A program made the position numbers and the translations under genes. DNA of 64,000 nucleotides from Eledone cirrhosa. Its lineage: Eukaryota. Positions 42,481 to 55,200 of the stretch are shown one piece after another (positions within the stretch are counted from its first letter, which is position 1; each line of letters opens with the position of its first letter). The stretch is taken from positions 259,780,001-259,844,000 of the forward strand of contig OZ024740.1 of the NCBI GenBank assembly GCA_964016885.1, read 5' to 3'. Under the pieces are notes generated by a model that worked only from the letters and a program-made list of their open reading frames with translations, searched no databases and was not told the DNA's origin.

Positions 42481-43637
42481 CTGTAAATATGGTTGGTGTT
42501 AGGAAGGGCATCCGCTATAAAATCCCTGGCCAAATTTAGTCCTGTCTGAGCAAGGTACAGCGTGGCCAATTCTGGCCAGACTTGTCTCCTGACATGGATG
42601 ACCTGTTTAACCCATGCAAGTATGGGAAAATGGCCACTAAATGGTGATGGTGATGATAATAACAAACAGCAGATAATCACCAAATTACAATACTCTAACC
42701 TTCGACCTTTACATCAACCAATACCCAGTCAGTGATTGTTTATTTTGGAATTAAACATATATATCCCCCCCCCCCCCCTCCCGGTTCCTAGGTACAAGTG
42801 TACTGATTGTGGTGGGAGCAGTGATAGTGGTTGAGGTGGTGGTGGTAGTGGTAGTAGTGGTGGTGGTGGTGATGGCGGTTGTGGCAGTGGGATCAGTGTT
42901 GGTGGGAACAGTGGTGGTGGTAGATAAAACATTGAAAGATAATTGTTCAACAGAATGATAGTAATATCTAATCTGTTAATTATGGAAGATTTAACATCAT
43001 TGACCAGATTAATGAGATGGGAGATTTGTATGTGTGAGTGTATGATTAAATTTGAATATGTGTAAGTCTGTTGAAGTTTATAATGTGTAAGTGTAAAGTA
43101 TGTAAGCATGTATGTATTAACCAGTATGTGTCATAGGATAAAGGAAGTGGTTTAGTGTGTGATAGAGTGTATATGACAGAACAGATTAAAGATGGGAGAC
43201 GCATTCAGGTGAGGGGGAAGAAAGGTTTGTAAGGAGAAAATAAGTTGCTGTTCACAACGCCAGCACAAGTCAGGGGTTCCGGCACAATGTCTGGGCCTGA
43301 AGACACTGAAGTGGCGTGTGGAGCCATCCGGAGTCAGGTTGCTGACCCGGGTGTCCTGAAGGTGTTCAGCAAATCTGTCGGCCAGGGAACGGCCAGTTTG
43401 ACCAAGGCTGGTGGAGGTGAAGCTGAAGGTGCCCCTAACCCGGAAGGACTGGTCACTGAGATAGCAAAGGGTGGTGGTGTTGGAGATAAAGCTGCATGTA
43501 TGGCAGCGGGGTCAGGAACAAGGGTGGGATCCTGGAGATAGGGCACTGTGGATGAAGGCGCTGTGGATGAGGAGGCTCCAAAGATTATGAGAGTGCTTGA
43601 ATTAACAAGGAGGGGCGGGAGAGAAAAAAAAGTATAC

Positions 43638-45510
43638 CTGTTGAGTCATTTCTATGTTTTGGTATTACTTTAATTTCTATGTTGTCTATATTACCGTTAT
43701 GTCTTTGTCTGGCGTGTTCATATAGAACTGAACCGTCGTTTCATCCTTTTAGTTCCCCCCAGTGTTGGTCTATTCTCTCTCCTATGCTTCAAGCTGTCTC
43801 ACCTATGTATGTCATCGTCATACTTTTGCAAGTACCCTCTGTACATCTTATGCTATAGACTACATTTCAAGTTTTACAATTTATCGGGGGGGGGGGGGGG
43901 GGTTCATTCTACATATAACACAATTCTTATTCGTACAGTAAATTTTTTTAAAGGGGTATGTTTTGCTGATTTTAATGTAGTTCCTGGCTTTCCTACCACT
44001 TTAATCTTTAGATGGGTCTTTCTTAGGGCCTTTCTACATTGGTCTTATATTTCTATGAGGGTCTTATATTTCTCTGTGGCTCCTTTGTATACTCTGATTC
44101 TGTCTCTTTGGCTGTAGCCAGAGAACTGCATGCGATTGATGAAGTGCTGAATGTGTCTTTCCATTTCAGTTGGGTCACACATGCAGGACACATTCTTCAT
44201 CACTCTTACCAAGTCTGCGATCAGTGTATTAAACTTTGCACTATTGTACATTGCTGAGTTTTTGAGTATCAGACATTTGAAGGCCGTGGGTTTAGCATAA
44301 TGTGAGAGGAGAATTTGGGCCCTCTCATTTATAGAGTTTAACCACAGTTCCATGTCTAATACTGGTAGTCTATTGTTAGGGTATTTGGAAGGGTAGTCAA
44401 TAGTTACAGTTATGCTCGGGTGTATGGAATTAGCTATCTGCTGGATGTTCTCCATTGTGTTAGTTTCTAATTCGGGTTTATTGGTACTCTTTCGTGGGGG
44501 TGTTTTTATTACTATATTGATGTCGTCTACGTAACGAGAATACATGTCGAGGGCTATGGAGTTCTCTTCTAGGAGTTCTCTGAGTCTCCTTTCCCACCAT
44601 ACCATAAATAGGTTGGCAACATCGCCAGCTATGCTGACGCCAATGGCTGCTCCCTCATTCTGGGTGTAAATTTTCTCATTAAATTTAAACCCTTTAGGGT
44701 AGTTTTAATACTAGCCCCTATTGCATGTGCGACCATTTTTCTCACCTGATCGTTGTTTTGGGGTATCCGTATGGCTTTGGTCCATCCATTCCATCTTCCT
44801 ATGGGAGTCTTTTTAGCCATTGAGGTTAAGGTGGGGAGTCTACCTCTTATAGGCCTACTGGGGCACAAAACCTCTAAGATCATAATTATTTAAGTATTCA
44901 TTGTCACATATAAGTCTAAGTAGGAGGCCCAGTTCATCCGTGTCAACGTCACGGAACTCTACTTCACTCTCACTAATTATTTCCACACATCTTTCCACAG
45001 CAAAATCAATGTTAATGGATGGGTACAGGGATACTACATCCATACTGCCTATTATGCAGTTAAGTTTTTGTTGTTGTTGCAGTCACTGAGGTTCTCTGTG
45101 TTATCATATATACCTGGGGATATTTTCATTATGGGGCGTATAATCATAGAGAAGAAGTAAGAGATCCTGTAGTTACTAGCAATATTGGCTCCACATACAG
45201 GTCTTGTTGGTGGTTCTGTTATAGGGTTGTTAGTTGTCTTATGGTCTGTGTGGAGTCCATATAAGGGTGGTATGTCATTTTTAGAGGCTTGGAAGTTATT
45301 GGCTGTGCATCTACTCGGTTTTAGGGTGTTGGTCCACATCATGATGTGAGCATTGAGGATCATTTCTCTCCCCTCATGTGTCCTTAGTGTTGTTTCGCTT
45401 GTGTTGATGATGTGGGGTTGCATAGCCTTGATGTAGTTTGGCATGCTGTCTATTGACATCCTACTGGATTTGTCTGTAGGTAGACACACTACCTCACCAT
45501 CCCTTGTGCT
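43638..45510 (-). pseudogene. Penelope-like element RT + GIY-YIG, different clade (Nematis-like, tentative), decayed
   Basis: PTDKS, PPLYGLHTDHK, TRPVCGA, MDVVSLYPSI, QNEGAAIG, RYVDD, DYPS..NNRLPVLD, HYAKP, FSGY, YIGETA*SIGERI.QH. Confidence 0.88.
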
Positions 45511-45557
45511 TTCCTGATGATTTCCTTGGAATGAAATAGTTCTAGTCCTGTAGAAGC
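45508..45557 (+). ncRNA. Family B hammerhead in an inverted pLTR at the 5' truncation of the 43638-45510 PLE
   Basis: UUC-CUGAUGA-U UUCC UU GGAA U-GAA-AUAG UUCUAGUC CUGU-A^GAAGC. Confidence 0.8.
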
Positions 45558-45566
45558 CATTTCTAT

Positions 45567-45629
<63 letters not shown>

Positions 45630-46004
45630 TATTGAAGTTTGCTTGAAGCATTGTGGAACAATAAGTAAATATCTTTAAGTCGTTTGGAAGCCTCGACAAT
45701 GCAAATGAGTAAATCTCCGGGTAACAAGGTCCGGTGGTGGAGAGAGAGATGTAAGTGGGTGTACGTTGAGATGCGTGGTGTGTATAAGATGTGTGAGATG
45801 TGTAGAATGAAGGGAAGCATATAAACGATAAAAATAAAAATAACAACACAAGAGAGAGTTACCTTGGGAGAGATTGAATAGTCCCTATATATTTCGGATT
45901 CACATCCATCAACTGGGGTTTTTTTCTGGGGTGGGGGAAAAGGTTGTCTGTCGGACAAGTCCGGAACGCGTCTTTCGCTGTTTGTTGTTTTGAATATCTA
46001 TGTT

Positions 46005-46071
<67 letters not shown>

Positions 46072-46299
46072 GGCAACACGGTAAAAACCTCCCAGTCACA
46101 CACTGTAAATGTGGTTGGTGTTAGGAAGGGCATCCAGCTGTAGAAAACCCGCCAGACAGTCCTATGCGAGCAAGACAACCACTCTTGCCTCAAGTGGGAA
46201 AACTCCCGTCCAAACCCATGCAAGCGTGGAACATGGACGTTAAACGACGATGATGATGATGATGATGATGATATATATATATATACATTATATATATCA

Positions 46300-48590
46300 T
46301 CATCATCATCATCATCACCGTTTTACGTCCGTTCTTCCATGCTAGCATGGGTTAGACGGATTGTCCTGTTGTGGGCAGTGTCTGGTCGGCTGACCATGCC
46401 TTGCTCATACAGGAACTGATTTGGCTTGGTTTCTACAGCTGGATGCCCTTCCTAACACCAACCTCATTTACAGTGAGTGCTGGGTACTTTTTTCGTGGCG
46501 CCTACACGTCCACTTTACAGTGTGGGCTGGGTGCTTTTTTTCCGTGGCACCTCCACGACCACCTTGCGGTGGGGGGTGTGGGGCATATTGTCTATATGCT
46601 TCAGCTTGTACCCATGGGAGGTCGGGTACTCTGTATTACTGCGTGACGGCAGAAGTCACGGTCGTGTGTCATTGTCTTTGAGAGGTGTAATTGGGTAAGG
46701 TCGGCTTTTATCACCTCATCCCAGGTCATCTTGGGTCTCCCCACTCCGCGGTTTCCATCAACTTCTAGTGCTCTGCACCTTTTTATGCAACTATCATCCT
46801 TCATACGCATCACATGTCCATACCAGCGCAACCGCCTCTCCTGCACACAGCATTTGATTCCTCTTATGCTCAGTCTCTCTCTCAATTCATTTATGCTTTG
46901 TCGTTCACGTATATTATTGTTACACATCCATCGGAGCATGCAGGCTTCGTTTCTCTCTAATCTACGTAAGTCTTCCACCTTCAGCGCCCAGGTCTCGCTA
47001 CCATGCAACATCGCTGTTCGGATACACGCATCATACAGTCTGCCTTTCATTCTGAGGGAGAAGCCTTTTGCAGCTAGCAGTGGTAGTAGTTCCCTAAACT
47101 TCTTCCATCCCGTTCTTACCCTAGTTATTGCACTTTCTGAACACCCACCTCCGTTGCTAATTCGGTCACCTAGGTAGCAGAAGCTGTCAACTGTTTCTAC
47201 AGGGCCCTCCCAGAGATTGGTGGTACTTGTTTCCTGTGGCTGTTTGCTGTCTCAGCACAGCTGCTGCATGTGAATCCTACATTCTTAATTAAGCTTCCTG
47301 AGATCCCGCTACATCTCTTGTGTACCCATTGTTCGCATTTGGGGAAGAGAATGGAGTTCCTACCTACACCTTTCCTACATACTGAGCAAGGCCATTTCCC
47401 TGAGGGGATCTGGGTTCTGTTTTCTCGTCTACTTACAAGGACCTTAGTCTTTGTCATGTTGACTTTGAGACCCTTTCTTTCTAGTCCCTGCTTCCAGGTT
47501 TGGAATTTATTCTCTAGTTCTACCATAGATTCAGCTATGAGTGCGAGGTCATCAGCATACAGGAGTTCCCATGGGCATCCGGTCTTAAACTCCTCCGTTA
47601 TTGCCTGCAGGACTATGATGAACAGGAGAGGGCTAAGAACAGAGCCCTGGTGGACCCCAACCTGTACGGTAAATTCCTCGCTATACTCATTGCTAATCCT
47701 AACTTTGCTGACTGCTCCCCTATACATGGCTTGTACCGCTTTCACAAGCCATTCATCTACTCCTAGTTTTCTAAGAGCCCACCAGATTACAGTGCGTGGA
47801 ACTCTGTCAAAGGCTTTCTCAAGGTCGACAAATGCCAAGTAGAGTGGCTTACTTTTAGCTAGGTACTTTTCCTGTAATTGCCTCACAAGGAAGAGGGCAT
47901 CAGTGGTGCCTCTTCCTGGTACAAACCCAAATTGCATCTCGTCTATTTTCACCCGGTCCCTAATCAGCTGTGCTATAACTCTTTCTGTTACTTTCATGAC
48001 CTGGTCCATCAACTTTATACCTCTATAGTTTCCTCTATCTAGTGCATCGCCTTTACCTTTGTAGCAGTTGACAATGATGCTACTGTACCAATCTTTTGGT
48101 ATGGCGCCTTCTAGTATTACCTGGTTAACGATACGTGTGGTTATAGTGTGACCTACAGACCCAGATGCCTTCAGCATCTTGGCAGCTATACCCGATGGAC
48201 CGGTTGCCTTCCCCATCTTCATATCTCTGATTGCCTTACTTACTACGCTGCCGCTGACTTGTACTGCTGGTCCCTCTATAGGGTCTACTTGGGGTAGGGT
48301 CTCTTCTTCCCATGCATTCTCCTCATTTAGTAATCTATCATAATGACTCTTCCATGCATCTTTCTTCTCAGCGCTTGTGAGGGCAAGCTCACCTTTATCA
48401 TTCCGGATACACTTCTCTCCAATGACATCACAACTATCTCTGACACACTGCCTCGCAATCTTGAATACCTCCTGTTTCTGGTCCTCACGTTGTAAAACAT
48501 GCTTGAAGTTTCTATCCTCTGCTTCCCTCCTAGCTAAGTATACTTGTCGCCTAGCTTCCCTCTTGGCCTCTATGTAATGTACCCTCTCAT
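46300..48590 (-). mobile_element. RTE-clade LINE with complete RT domain (longest copy; APE missing)
   Basis: 468-aa ORF with [52 protein letters not shown] and Zn finger; frameshift at ~47240; C-terminus 46601-47200; (ATG)n tail. Confidence 0.95.
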
Positions 48591-49299
48591 TATATATATA
48601 CATTATACATACATATATGTATATCTACACACACACACATATATATTTATATACTTTATATACATATATATATATAGCTGTGGAAACGGCCGGAGCTCAG
48701 CTGTCGGGGTCCTGACTATTTTCATATATAAACCCATGCTAGCGTGGAAGATAGACGTTAAACGATGATGATAATATATATACATTATGCTGTTTCTATT
48801 GGTCTCAAACATTCTAATCCTTTCCTTATAGCAAATTAAGCCACTGATATTTATATTTACTTCAGTAGATTAAAACTGCTGCTTTTGTTTTTCCTTTTAC
48901 CTTACAGTGTGTCACACAGTAGACTCACCTAGTTAATAGCAGCCGAGGTGGGGGGGATAAGAGGTAGGTAGTACACAGAGTAGTGTGTGAGTGTGTATAA
49001 GGTGGCAGGTAGCAGATATCTAACACAAATCTCTAATCTAGATACAATAGTTATTATTGTTACAAGCAAACACATAAAACATATTACTGAGAAGGAGTAC
49101 AGTTTAATGGTTAGAGTGCCGGGCTCACAATTTGAAGGTCATCAGTTTGATTTCTGGACAGTACTTTTGTGTCTTTGAGCAAGACACTTTATTTCACATT
49201 GCTCCAGTCTACTCAACTGGAAGAAATAAGATGCAACAACACTGGGAGAGAGAGACAGAGATAGAGAGCGGAGCGAACGACAGAGAGTGGAGAGAGAGA

Positions 49300-52200
49300 G
49301 TGGCAGAGGAGAGAGACAGTGATAGAGGAGAGAGACAGTGACAGAGGAGAGAGACAGTGGCAGAGTAAAGAGACAGTGGCAGAGGAAAGAGACAGTGACA
49401 GAGGAGAGAGACAGTGACAGAGGAGAGAGACAGTGACAGAGGAGAGAGACAGTGGCAGAGGAGAGAGACAGTGACAGAGGAGAGAGACTGTGGCAGAGGA
49501 GAGAGACAGTGACAGAGGAGAGAGACAGTGACAGAGGAGAGAGACAGTGGCAGAGGAGAGAGACAGTGACAGAAGAGAGAGACAGTGGCAGAGGAGAGAG
49601 ACAGTGACAGAGGAGAGAGACAGTGGCAGAGGAGAGAGACAGTGACAGAGGAGAGCGACAGTGACAGAGGACAGAGACAGTGACAGAGGAGAGAGACAGT
49701 GACAGAGGAGCGAGACAGTGACAGAGAAGAGAGACAGTGACAGAGGAGAGATATAGTGGCAGAGGAGAGAGACAGTGGCAGGAGAGACAGTGACAGAGGA
49801 CAGAGACAGTGGCAGAGGAGAGAGACAGTGACAGAGGAGAGAGACAGTGACAGAGGAGAGAGACAGTGACAGAGAAGAGAGACAGTGACAGAGGAGAGAT
49901 ATAGTGGCAGAGGAGAGAGAGACAGTGGCAGAGGAGAGAGACAGTGGCAGAGGAGAGAGACAGTGACAGAGGAGAGAGACAGTGGCAGAGGAGAGAGACA
50001 GTGACAGAGGAGAGAGACAGTGACAGAGGAGAGAGACAGTGACAGAGGAGAGAGACAGTGACAGAGGAGAGAGACAGTGACATAGGAGGGGGACAGTGAC
50101 AGAGGAGAGAGACAGTGACAGAGGAGAGAGACAGTGACAGAGGAGGGAGACAGTGACAGAGGAGGGAGACAGTGACAGAGGAGAGAGACAGTGACAGAGG
50201 AGAGAGACAGTGGCAGAGGAGAGCGACAGTGGCAGAGGAGAGAGACAGTGACAGAGGAGAGAGACAGTGACAGAGGAGAGAGACAGTGGCAGAGGAGAGA
50301 TACAGTGGCAGAGGAGAGAGACAGTGACAGAGGAGAGAGACAGTGACAGAGGAGAGAGACAGTGGCAGAGGAGAGATACAGTGGCAGAGGAGAGAGACAG
50401 TGACAGAGGAGAAAGACAGTGACAGAGGAGAGAGACAGTGGCAGAGGAGAGAGACAGTGACATAGGAGGGGGACAGTGACAGAGGAGATTGACAGTGACA
50501 GAGGAGAGAGACAGTGACAGAGGAGAGAGACAGTGACAGAAGAGAGAGACAGTGACAGAGGAGAGAGACAGTGGCAGAGGAGAGAGACAGTGACAGAGGA
50601 GAGAGACAGTGACAGAGGAGGGAGACAGTGACAGAGGAGGGAGACAGTGACAGAGGAGAGAGACAGTGACAGAGGAGAGAGACAGTGGCAGAGGAGAGCG
50701 ACAGTGGCAGAGGAGAGAGACAGTGACAGAGGAGAGAGACAGTGACAGAGGAGAGAGACAGTGGCAGAGGAGAGATACAGTGGCAGAGGAGAGAGACAGT
50801 GACAGAGGAGAAAGACAGTGACAGAGGAGAGAGACAGTGACATAGGAGGGGGACAGTGACAGAGGAGAGTGACAGTGACAGAGGAGAGAGACAGTGACAG
50901 AGAAGAGAGACAGTGACAGAGAAGAGAGACAGTGACAGAGGAGAGAGACAGTGACAGAGGAGAGAGACAGTGACAGAGGAGAGAGACATTGGCAGAGGAG
51001 AGAGACAGTGACAGAGGAGAGAGACAGTGACAGAGGAGAGAGACAGTGACAGAGGAGAGAGACAGTGACAGAGGAGAAAGACAGTGACAGAGGAGAGAGA
51101 CAGTGGCAGAGGAGAGAGACAGTGGCAGAGGAGAGAGACAGTGACAGAGGAGAAAGACAGTGACAGAGGAGAGAGACAGTGACAGAAGAGAGAGACAGTG
51201 ACAGAGGAGAGAGACAGTGACAGAGGAGGGGGACAGTGACAGAGGAGAGTGACAGTGACAGAGGAGAGAGACAGTGACAGAGGAGAGAGACAGTGACAGA
51301 GGAGAGAGACAGTGACAGAGGAGAGAGACAGTGGCAGAGGAGAGATACAGTGGCAGAGGAGAGAGACAGTGACAGAGGAGAGAGACAGTGACAGAGGAGA
51401 GAGACAGTGACAGAGGAGAGAGACAGTGGCAGAGGAGAGAGACAGTGACAGAGGAGAAAGACAGTGACAGAGGAGAGAGACAGTGACAGAAGAGAGAGAC
51501 AGTGACAGAGGAGAGAGACAGTGACAGAGGAGAGAGACAGTGACAGAGATGAGAGACAGTGACAGAGAAGAGAGACAGTGGCAGAGGAGAGAGACAGTGA
51601 CAGAGGAGAGAGACAGTGACAGAGGAGAGAGACAGTGACAGAGATGAGAGACAGTGACAGAGAAGAGAGACAGTGGCAGAGGAGAGAGACAGTGGCAGAG
51701 GAGAGAGACAGTGGCAAAGGAGAGAGACAGTGACAGAGGAGAGAGACAGTGACAGAGGAGAGAGACAGTGACAGAGGAGAGAGACAGTGACAGAGGAGAG
51801 AGACAGTGACAGAAGAGAGAGACAGTGACAGAGGAGAGAGACAGTGACAGAGATGAGAGACAGTGACAGAGAAGAGAGACAGTGGCAGAGGAGAGAGACA
51901 GTGGCAGAGGAGAGAGACAGTGGCAGAGGAGAGATACAGTGACAGAAGAGCGAGACAGTGGCAGAGGAGAGAGACAGTGGCAGAGGAGAGATACAGTGGC
52001 AGAGAAAAGAGACAGCGACAGAAGAGAAAGACAGTGACAGAGGAGAGAGACAGTGGCAGAGGAGAGAGACAGTGGCAGAGGAGAGAGACAGTGACAGAGA
52101 AAAGAGACAGCGACAGAAGAGAGAGACAGTGACAGAAGAGAGAGACAGTGACAGAGGAGAGAGACAGTGACAGAGGAGAGAGACAGTGACAGAGGAGAGA

Positions 52201-55200
52201 TACAGTGGCAGAGGAGAGAGACAGTGACAGAGGAGAGAGACAGTGGCAGAGGAGAGATACAGTGGCAGAGGAGAGAGACAGTGACAGAGGAGAGAGACAG
52301 TGGCAGAGGAGAGAGACAGTGACAGAGGAGAGAGACAGTGACAGAGGAGAGATACAGTGGCAGAGGAGAGATACAGTGGCAGAGGAGAGAGACAGTGACA
52401 GAGGAGAGAGACAGTGACAGAGGACAGAGACAGTGACAGAGGAGAGAGACAGTGACAGAGGAGAGAGACAGTGACAGAGGAGAGATACAGTGGCAGAGGA
52501 GAGAGACTGTGGCAGAGGAGAGAGACAGTGACAGAGGAGAGAGACAGTGACAGAAGAGAGAGACAGTGACAGAGGAGAGTGACAGTGACAGAGGAGAGAG
52601 ACAGTGACAGAGGAAAAAGACAGTGACAGAGGAGAGAGACAGTGACAGAAGAGAGAGACAGTGACAGAGGAGAGAGACAGTGACAGAGGAGGGGGACAGT
52701 GACAGAGGAGAGTGACAGTGACAGAGGAGAGAGACAGTGACAGAGGAGAGAGACAGTGACAGAGGAGAGAGACAGTGGCAGAGGAGAGATACAGTGGCAG
52801 AGGAGAGAGACAGTGACAGAGGAGAGAGACAGTGACAGAGGAGAGAGACAGTGACAGAGGAGAGAGACAGTGGCAGAGGAGAGAGACAGTGACAGAGGAG
52901 AAAGACAGTGACAGAGGAGAGAGACAGTGACAGAAGAGAGAGACAGTGACAGAGGAGAGAGACAGTGACAGAGACAGTGACAGAGATGAGAGACAGTGAC
53001 AGAGAAGAGAGACAGTGACAGAGGAGAGAGACAGTGGCAGAGGAGAGAGACAGTGACAGAGGAGAGAGACAGTGACAGAGGAGAGAGACAGTGACAGAGG
53101 AGAGAGACAATGACAGAGGAGAGAGACAGTGGCAGAGGAGAGATACAGTGGCAGAGGAGAGAGACAGTGACAGAGGAGAGAGACAGGGACAGAGGAGAGA
53201 GACAGTGACAGAGGAGAGAGAGAGTGACAGAGGAGAGAGACATTGGCAGAGGAGAGAGACAGTGATAGAGGAGAGATACAGTGGCAGAGGAGAGAGACAG
53301 TGACAGAGGAGAGAGACAGTGACAGAGGAGAGAGACATTGGCAGAGGAGAGAGACAGTGATAGAGGAGAGATACAGTGGCAGAGGAGAGAGACAGTGACA
53401 GAGGAGAGAGACAATGACAGAGGAGAGAGACAGTGACAGAGGAGAGAGACAGTGGCAGAGAAGAGAGACAGTGTCAGAGGAGAGAGACAGTGACAGAGGA
53501 GAGAGACAGTGACAGAGGAGAGAGACAGTGGCAGAGGAGAGAGACAGTGGCAGAGGAGAGAGAGAGTGGCAGAGGAGAGAGACAGTGACAGAGGAGAGAG
53601 ACAGTGGCAGAGGAGAGAGACAGTGACAGAGAAGAGAGACAGTGACAGAGGAGAGAGACAGTGACAGAGGACAGAGACAGTGGCAGAGGAGAGAGACAGT
53701 GACAGAGGAGAGAGACAGTGGCAGAGGAGAGAGACAGTGACAGAGGAGAGAGACAGTGACAGAGGAGAGAGACAGTGACATAGGAGGGGGACAGTGACAG
53801 AGGAGAGAGACAGTGACAGAGGAGAGAGACAGTGGCAGAGGAGAGAGACAGTGACATAGGAGGGGGGCAGTGACAGAGGAGAGAGACAGTGACAGAGGAG
53901 AGAGACAGTGGCAGAGGAGAGAGACAGTGGCAGAGGAGAGAGACAGTGGCAGAGGAGAGAGACAGTGACAGAGGAGAGAGACAGTGACAGAGGAGAGAGA
54001 CAGTGACAGAGGAGAGAGACAGTGACAGAGGAGAGAGACAGTGACAGAGGAGAGAGACAGTGGCAGAGGAGAGAGACAGTGACAGAGGAGAGAGACAGTG
54101 ACAGAGGAGAGAGACAGTGGCAGAGGAGAGAGACAGTGGCAGAGGAGAGAGACAGTGACAGAGGAGAGAGACAGTGACAGAGGAGAGAGACAGTGGCAGA
54201 GGAGAGAGACAGTGGCAGAGGAGAGAGACAGTGGCAGAGGAGAGAGACAGTGACAGAGGAGAGAGACAGTGACAGAGGAGAGAGACAGTGACAGAGGAGA
54301 GAGACAGTGGCAGAGGAGAGAGACAGTGACAGAGGAGAGAGACAGTGACAGAAGAGAGAGACAGTGACAGAGGAGAGAGACAGTGGCAGAGGAGAGAGAC
54401 AGTGACAGAAGAGAGAGACAGTGACAGAGGAGATTGACAGTGACAGAGGAGAGAGACAGTGACAGAGGAGAGAGACAGTGACAGAGGAGAGAGACAGTGA
54501 CAGAGGAGAGATACAGTGGCAGAGGAGAGAGACAGTGACAGAGGAGAGAGACAGTGACAGAGGAGAGAGACAGTGGCAGAGGAGAGAGACAGTGACAGAG
54601 GAGAGAGACAGTGACAGAGGAGAGAGACAGTGGCAGAGGAGAGAGACAGTGGCAGAGGAGAGAGACATTGGCAGAGGAGAGAGACATTGGCAGAGGAGAG
54701 AGACAGTGACAGAGGAGAGAGACAGTGGCAGAAGAGAGATACAGTGACAGAGGAGAGAGACAGTGGCAGAGGAGAGAGACAGTGACAGAGGAGAGAGACA
54801 GTGACAGAGGAGACAGACAGTGGCAGAGGAGAGAGACAGTGACAGAGGAGAGAGACAGTGACAGAGGAGAGAGACAGTGACAGAGGAGAGATATAGTGGC
54901 AGAGGAGAGAGACAGTGGCAGAGGAGAGAGACAGTGACAGAGGAGAGAGACAGTGACAGAGGAGAGAGACAGTGACAGAGGAGAGAGACAGTGACAGAGG
55001 AGAGAGACAGTGACAGAGGAGAGAGACAGTGGCAGAGGAGAGAGACAGTGACAGAGGAGAGAGACAGTGACAGAGGAGAGAGACAGTGACAGAGGAGAGA
55101 GACAGTGGCAGAGGAGAGAGACAGTGACAGAAGAGATTGACAGTGACAGAGGAGAGAGACAGTGACAGAGGAGAGAGACAGTGACAGAGGAGAGAGACAG

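Noticed and set aside
43730-43800. In-frame TGA codons as selenocysteine (as in some Naiad PLEs)
   Set aside because: At least one falls at an expected Arg position (CGA>TGA decay) in a frameshifted copy, and the domain order is C-terminal EN, not Naiad-type.
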